Positions 58,414 through 64,000 of a stretch of DNA of 64,000 nucleotides are shown one piece after another; within the stretch, counting starts at the first letter, position 1, and the number at the start of each line of letters is the position of its first letter. The stretch covers positions 806,001 through 870,000 of the forward strand of contig OZ251232.1 of the NCBI GenBank assembly GCA_965240325.2, written 5' to 3'. Under the pieces are notes generated by a model, which saw nothing but the letters and a program-made list of their open reading frames with translations, searched no databases and was not told the origin of the DNA. Made by a program: the position numbers and the translations under genes. Source of the DNA: Rebecca billardiae RCC1528 (Eukaryota > Protista > Haptophyta).

Positions 58414-60149
58414 TCACTCGATCAAGCCAGAGCTGATCTGAGTGCGCTCGTAGCTCGGCTCGTAGCTCTGCTCGTAGCCCGGCGCCGAGGGATACGGCTG
58501 CGGCGAGCCGGCCTTGAGCGAGCCCGTGATCATGGGCACGTCGTTGCCGTACTGCGGCTGCGGCCGCGCGGGCGGCGGCGGGCGGGCAGGGGGGGGTCGG
58601 CAGCGGCCGTGAGGGTGGCAGTCGGCGCACGCGCGGTCCGTGGCGAGGGAGCGCGCGGTGCGCGCGTGGCACGCACCGGCAGGCCGGAGGAGGGCTCTTC
58701 TTGCGGCGGGGCCAGGCAAGCCATGCGGGCGGAGCACGGTCGGCGGAGGGTGTTGGCACCGCCGTTCTTCGCCTTGTCCTTGCAGAACTTGCACTTGTTG
58801 CAGTCCTCGGCCTTGCACGTGGCGCATTGGCCGCACCGCCGCTTGCCCCGGCGGCCGCCCGGGTGACCGTTGGCTGACGGGTTGGCCTGGAGCGCGGCGT
58901 TCTCACCGTCGCCGAGGTCGACACCCATCGGTGCCATCCCGTACGACTCGGCATAGGCGCCTTGGGGTCCTCGGTACACCTGCGCCAGGCGCACACCGGG
59001 CGCACAGGGCGCGCCCACGCCGCGCGGCGATCGGAGAACGCGTGAGCTCGAGATCGCGCGGCGCACGAGCGGCCGGCGGCGCGCGGTGGCGAGGCGCCGG
59101 CCCGCGAGGCGCGCTCCCCCGGCCCAGCCCGCGCCCCACGCCCACGCCCGCGCCACCGCGCGGCCCCGCGTGCCCCCGGCGCGCGCGGCACGCACGTGGT
59201 ACTGGCGGCCGTTGAGCAGCTGGCGCTTCTCCGTCACCCACCCACCTGCGCCGTCAGGGTCGTCAGCTTCGGTCAGGCCCACCTCAGGGCCGTCGGCGTC
59301 GACGTCGAGCGAGTGGCTGTCGTCGTCGTCGAGGCTTTCGAGCAGCTCGTGGAGCTCGAGCTCCTCCTCCTCGCCGTCGAGCAGCGAGCCCTCGTGGAAG
59401 CGCACGCGCCACAGCGCCTGTGGGCGGCCGAGGGCATCTTCGAAATCCGATTCTGCCGCGGGCAGCCAGCCGACCACGGTGGCGCGCGCCATGCCGGCGA
59501 GGCTGGGGCCGTCGTAGACGCACCTCACAACCTGGCGGCCGATGTGCTCGTTGCCCGTCGTGTGCCAGTCCAGCTTCGCCGCGCCCGTCCCAGGCGACGA
59601 CGGCGTGAGGTCGCCGCCAGCACTCTTAATGCGCGCGACCGCGAGGCTGGCCGCCTGCAGCAGCGCTGCGTGCTTGGCGATCTTCTGCTCGTTCGCCAGG
59701 TCACGCTTGGGCGGCGCGGAGGTGCGCATCGCCGCGCGTCGCTGCGGCCCTAGCCCGCCCGCGCCGCCCGCGCCGCCGTTGAAGAGGCGGCCGCCCGCGC
59801 GCAAAGAGGAGGGCGGAAAGGAAGTTGCTGCGGGCGGCAGCAGTGACGTCGCGCCGCTCGGCGGAGCGCCAGCGCCGCTGCCAGCGTGCGGCGGCGGGAC
59901 GGCAGGGGACATTGCAGTCGGACTGCACGGTGCCGAGTGGTGCTGCCCACTGTTCGCGTTCGAGTGTGCCATGGGGCTCATGGGTGTGCCGGCTGGGCTG
60001 CTAGGCAATGAAGCAGCGTGCTGCGCGCCCGAAAAGCCGTTTGTGTGGTGCTCGAGGCGCCCGTCGTCGGGGCGCTCGCTCGGCGCCTCATCCGTGTCGA
60101 CCTCGCGGGTCGAAGGCGCTGAGATGTCGGTGTCCGCCTCCGCGGCCAT
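58414..60149 (-). CDS. CXXC zinc-finger chromatin protein with Tudor-like and MBD-like domains; exons 60149-59196, 58979-58677, ~58551-58414
   Basis: RRCGQCATCKAEDCNKCKFCKDKAKNGGANTLRRPCSARMAC (zf-CXXC); spliced GWVTEKRQLLNGRQYH|VYRGPQGAYAES (MBD-like); HIGRQVVR...VVGWLP...ALWRVRF...EEEELE (Tudor-like). Confidence 0.8.
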
Positions 60150-60513
60150 CAGCGCAGCCGCCGCGCGCGCCGCGCGGCCAGGCAAGCAAGCGGCGGACCG
60201 GCCCGCGAGCCAGCGGCGACCCGCTTTCGCCCGGCCCACCGACGACGCCTGTGAGCTTGAATTCGCGTCCGGCACAGCCGGCACGCAGCTGCGGTTACAG
60301 CCGCCAGGGCGAGCGGGCACGCACACGTGCCGGCGGCGATTTGCGATTGGTCCGGCGCGCAATTTTTGAACGGTGCCGATTCGTGGAAAGTGCCAAAATA
60401 GGAAGTCTGAAACCGGACGGAAAGACAAGCTCGCGAGCGGGCAGGACTGATGAGGCTCTTCAGCCCCTGTCCGGGACAGTCCTGTAAGTCCGGGCGCGAG
60501 ACGACGAAGCGCC

Positions 60514-61502
60514 ATAAGCCCATTTCACGTAACCAACCTCCAATAGCTGGCGGGAGTCTGAACTACAAACAATTCTGTCCGAGCCGAGAGGAGTTTGGGG
60601 GGAGGGCCGGGGCGGTGAGCCGCGTTGCCAGCCGCTCGGTGGCGCCGCCGCCGAGGTCGTCTCCGCGTCACACATCGACGTGCGTCGGTGTGATGTGTCT
60701 CATCGGGCGTGTGTGAGTACTTGCAGGGGCCCTGCATTCCTTTAAGGCTCGGCATCGCACTCCTCCGAGTGTGCACGCTCGTCAACGCCGTGCCGTGCGA
60801 CTGCTGCGCGTGTGGGCTTACACGCCGGCAATGTAGGCGAGACGAGCGGGGCTGAGCGCCAAGAGATGGGCGCTTCCACGCGGGAGTAGTCTGGTGCGAG
60901 GCCCCCGATCCCTCGCGCATCGGCTCGAAGCGTGCCTGAAGCACTGGGCACTCTCCTGCACAGTCTTGTCTCCCCCATCCCAAGCTGAGCTAAAACACCT
61001 CAGAACGACGTGTTTCTGCGATTTGGACGATGGTGTGGCCATCGCGTGGGCAGCGGACAGACTCGCTACTTCAGCTCCAGGCGCGCTTCGAGCCGATGCG
61101 CGAGGGATCGGGGGCCTCGCACCAGACTACTCCCGCGTGGAAGCGCCCATCTCTTGGCGCTCAGCCCCGCTCGTCTCGCCTACATTGCCGGCGTGTAAGC
61201 CCACACGCGCAGCAGTCGCACGGCACGGCGTTGACGAGCGTGCACACTCGGAGGAGTGCGATGCCGAGCCTTAAAGGAATGCAGGGCCCCTGCAAGTACT
61301 CACACACGCCCGATGAGACACATCACACCGACGCACGTCGATGTGTGACGCGGAGACGACCTCGGCGGCGGCGCCACCGAGCGGCTGGCAACGCGGCTTA
61401 CCGCCCCGGCCCTCCCCCCAAACTCCTCTCGGCTCGGACAGAATTGTTTGTAGTTCAGACACCCGCCAGCTATTGGAGGTTGGTTACGTGAAATGGGCTT
61501 AT
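60514..61502. mobile_element. Palindromic foldback/MITE-like element, ~990 bp, ~429-bp arms, 131-bp spacer
   Basis: 60514-60942 is the reverse complement of 61074-61502 with a few mismatches. TSD ambiguous (TA, or imperfect 8-bp aaGCGCCA/ttGCGCCA). Confidence 0.88.
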
Positions 61503-61534
61503 TGCGCCAACGGAGGTTGTCCGCTCTGCTGACC

Positions 61535-62086
61535 ATGGCGGCCCCCGCTGCCGCGGACTGGCGCTTGCAGCCTCCGACGCCCGTCGCGCCGTTCGAGCCG
61601 ACGTCGGAGGAGTACCTGGCCAGTCTCGAGAATCAGCTCCGGTCCATCGAGCGCAAGCGGCAGCAGCCCGTCCGCGCCGATTCGAGTAGCCGCCGAGGCG
61701 CAGCGCCCAACGCTGGCCTCGCGCGCGAGCTGGAATCACTTCGAGCAAAGGAGCAGGAGGCGGCATTTGTGCGACACGTCGCGGTCAGCCGAGATGATCG
61801 GGGAGCAAATGAGCTCGTTGACCCGCTTTTTGCCGACTATGACGGTGCGCAGGGCGCCGATCTGGCCGAGCTCGCCCCGGCTGCCGAAACGACGGCTGTG
61901 GCCGATCTTGTCTGGGGCGATGGCTGTGCGCTCGCCTCTCTCGCGCGCTGTATGGTTGGATGCATCGACTGTCTGCCGACGCGTGAGCCGCAACTACGCG
62001 CCGTGTGGAAATCTCTGCGCGCGCTGCTCGTGCATCTTGGTGCGCGCAGCGCTGCTCGTGGCAGCACGCCGACGACCGCGACATGA
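61535..62086 (+). CDS. CCDC32-like coiled-coil protein
   Basis: PFEPTSEEYLASLENQLRSI resembles the conserved CCDC32 motif (P..DSEVYLASLE.KL.RI); good ATG context ACCATGG. Confidence 0.6.
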   Translation: MAAPAAADWRLQPPTPVAPFEPTSEEYLASLENQLRSIERKRQQPVRADSSSRRGAAPNAGLARELESLRAKEQEAAFVRHVAVSRDDRGANELVDPLFADYDGAQGADLAELAPAAETTAVADLVWGDGCALASLARCMVGCIDCLPTREPQLRAVWKSLRALLVHLGARSAARGSTPTTAT

Positions 62087-62964
62087 ACTACACTAACACG
62101 GAGTTACTCTACACGGAGGGATTCCCAACGTGCGGCTCTGGCTCCGGTTGACCCCTGCCAGTCCGGTCATAGAAACCGGGCGTACCGAAAATGATCTTCG
62201 CATTCCTGCGGCCGAATGAACGCCCGAAGTGTCCCACAGGGCCCCAAGTAGGGTTGCTATGGATGGCCAATAAGTGCCCAGGGTGTGAAACTCAGTTTGT
62301 GACTACTTCAGACTCTATATTTTTCATAGCTATTTACCCAGTCCGGTGACACATTTCCAATAGCTACGGGTGCATCCGGATCGCTCCCGGACCGTGTTCT
62401 GACCGGAGTCTGAAATGGGTAAATACATAGTAAAAATAGAGTCTGAACTATAGAGGAAGTGCTTGTTCGGGCCCAATATCGCTCTGAAGTCATCATCTAG
62501 GCATCCATTGAGGTCCTCCTGTGCAGTTTTCACGAGTGACTTCATGAAGGAGCTCACAGTGCCCGTCTCTGGCAGGGGTCCGAACCGAAGCCAGAGCCGT
62601 GCGTCATGCAGGATTTACTATAATACTACTACTGCCGACGCTCACGTGCACTATATTATTACTGTTACACGCAGAGTCTGTCAGCTGGCCAGCAGCCTGG
62701 CCTGCCACCGAGAATGGCGCTCCTAAGTTCTTGAGTCATTATTTACATTAATATGATACGACGACGCTGCATTTCGGTAGTTAGATTTGAACTCTCATTT
62801 CGATCGGCGATCTGCCTCCAAATCCAATCCCGAGTGAATCCGTGCCCGAGTGCGGAGTGGCATCAGAGTCGGAGTCAGAGTCAGAGGCTCAGAGTCAGTA
62901 GAGTCGTCAGCCTCGACTATGACAATATGTCTACAAGTCTCAGTATACATCAATCGTATCACTA

Positions 62965-63542
62965 CGTAGGCAATCGCGGGCCGAATAAGAATTGTCAGAG
63001 ATCTCACGGCTAGTCTCGGTTTCTTAGCCGTTCGGTAGCCCGAGCGCCTACGGAGTCTCAGTTTCTTAGCTAGGTCCGCCCGCCGCGCAGGCGCGGGGGG
63101 CGCAGGGGGGCAGAGCCCCCCGCTGAGTCTTCAGGCCTGGCCGGCGAGGCCGAAGCAGGAAATTTTGGGCCATTTTGGAGCAATAAATCTGGCATGATGT
63201 TGCATGGATGCTGCGGTGCACTGGCCAGGAGTCAGGCATCAGGAGAAGTCGGGACTCGGCCTGTACTCGTAGTCGGGCCGCGCGCCGCGTCCCAAGCCGG
63301 CCAAGGGCCGACTGCGCCTCGGCGGACCACTCCGGTTCGTCAGCCGCGACGCAGACTGTCGTACGGTCCCCCCGGGTTTTTTTGACAGTGTGACTATGCG
63401 TATAGCGAACCAGCCAATTTGCCCGGGCAGCCAATCGCTAGTCTCAGTTTCTAGGCCAGATCGGGCAGATCCGCAGATAGCGCAGCAAGCCCCAGTTTCT
63501 TAACGTGACAGCGGCTCCTAGTATTGCCCGCGATTGCCTACG
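62965..63542 (-). mobile_element. TA-TSD MITE family A, copy 3 (578 bp), variant termini
   Basis: Body homologous to copies 1 and 2; ends TA|CGTAGGCAATCGCGGG ... CCCGCGATTGCCTACG|TA. Confidence 0.9.
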
Positions 63543-64000
63543 TAGCTATACATAGTCGTCGGATTCTTAGATCGGTAACCGTCCGGTACTCACGGGCGGT
63601 ACTCGGTAGGCCGCGGTAGTAGTTAGTAGTTACGTTATTACGTTATATATATAATACGTACGGCGGTGTATTATATTTTATTGACGATGAATTTTCATTT
63701 TTCATGACAATGTCGTCAAGTTCTTATCAGGCGGAGAGTTAAGGCGCCAACGGCCGAGTCGGCCGACCGCGCACGTACTGTAGACCTGAGTAGTGAGTCG
63801 GAACAGAACGCCTCCCGTACGTAGAATCATGATCTTGGTAGCTGCCTGCCTGTCCGACGGCGTGGCGGCGACGGGCGATGATGCGCGCGCTGGGAGTTCG
63901 GCGACAGGTCGGGCGGAGGCGGGGCCAGCACCGGGCTGCTGGACGGTGGCATGGGAGCCGCTGCATCCGTCCGCCCGGGCTGCGGGCACGGGGTGGTTCG

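Noticed and set aside
20260-62086. Possible ciliary gene cluster (BBIP1, D/D protein, IQ-PH, CCDC32-like)
   Set aside because: Genes are dispersed among unrelated ones; ordinary for a flagellate genome.
62308-62557. AT-rich short minus-strand ORFs as a possible transposase/RT relic
   Set aside because: No DDE or RT motifs recognisable.

Overview
Very GC-rich, gene-dense eukaryotic nuclear DNA with short (90-250 bp) CG-rich spliceosomal introns (GTGCGCG...CGCGCAG, one GC-AG). Composition, intron style and gene content suggest a flagellated haptophyte microalga (Pavlovales-like; inference only). About 21 protein genes are supported: an 8-TM rhodopsin-like (no retinal Lys)/PAS/His-kinase/receiver hybrid sensor, an RH22-like DEAD-box helicase, a sulfotransferase-like protein, a cytochrome-b5 fusion to an uncharacterised membrane domain, eIF3j, BBIP1, a possible GRL/7TMIC membrane protein, an Ig(A9)-PH protein, a Dpy-30-like D/D protein with three RRAT repeats, an LRR protein, a GT8, an apparently circularly permuted fucosyltransferase-like protein, a DNPH1-like/thymidylate kinase fusion, FAIM-PDZ, IQ/Zn-ribbon/PH, a Tudor-like/MBD-like/CXXC protein and a CCDC32-like protein. 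The ORF track misses eight non-autonomous TIR elements. Three are long, near-perfect foldback palindromes (arms 780, 400 and 429 bp). Two elements (the 400-bp-arm one and a 278-bp MITE) have CAAGG ends with 7-bp TSDs (P-like). Four are TA-TSD MITEs, three of one family. P-like/foldback elements sit upstream of genes, while TA-MITEs sit downstream of 3' ends. Diverged repeat copies show CpG->TpG/CpA decay. All calls are by eye; no database searches were run, and splice models are predictions.
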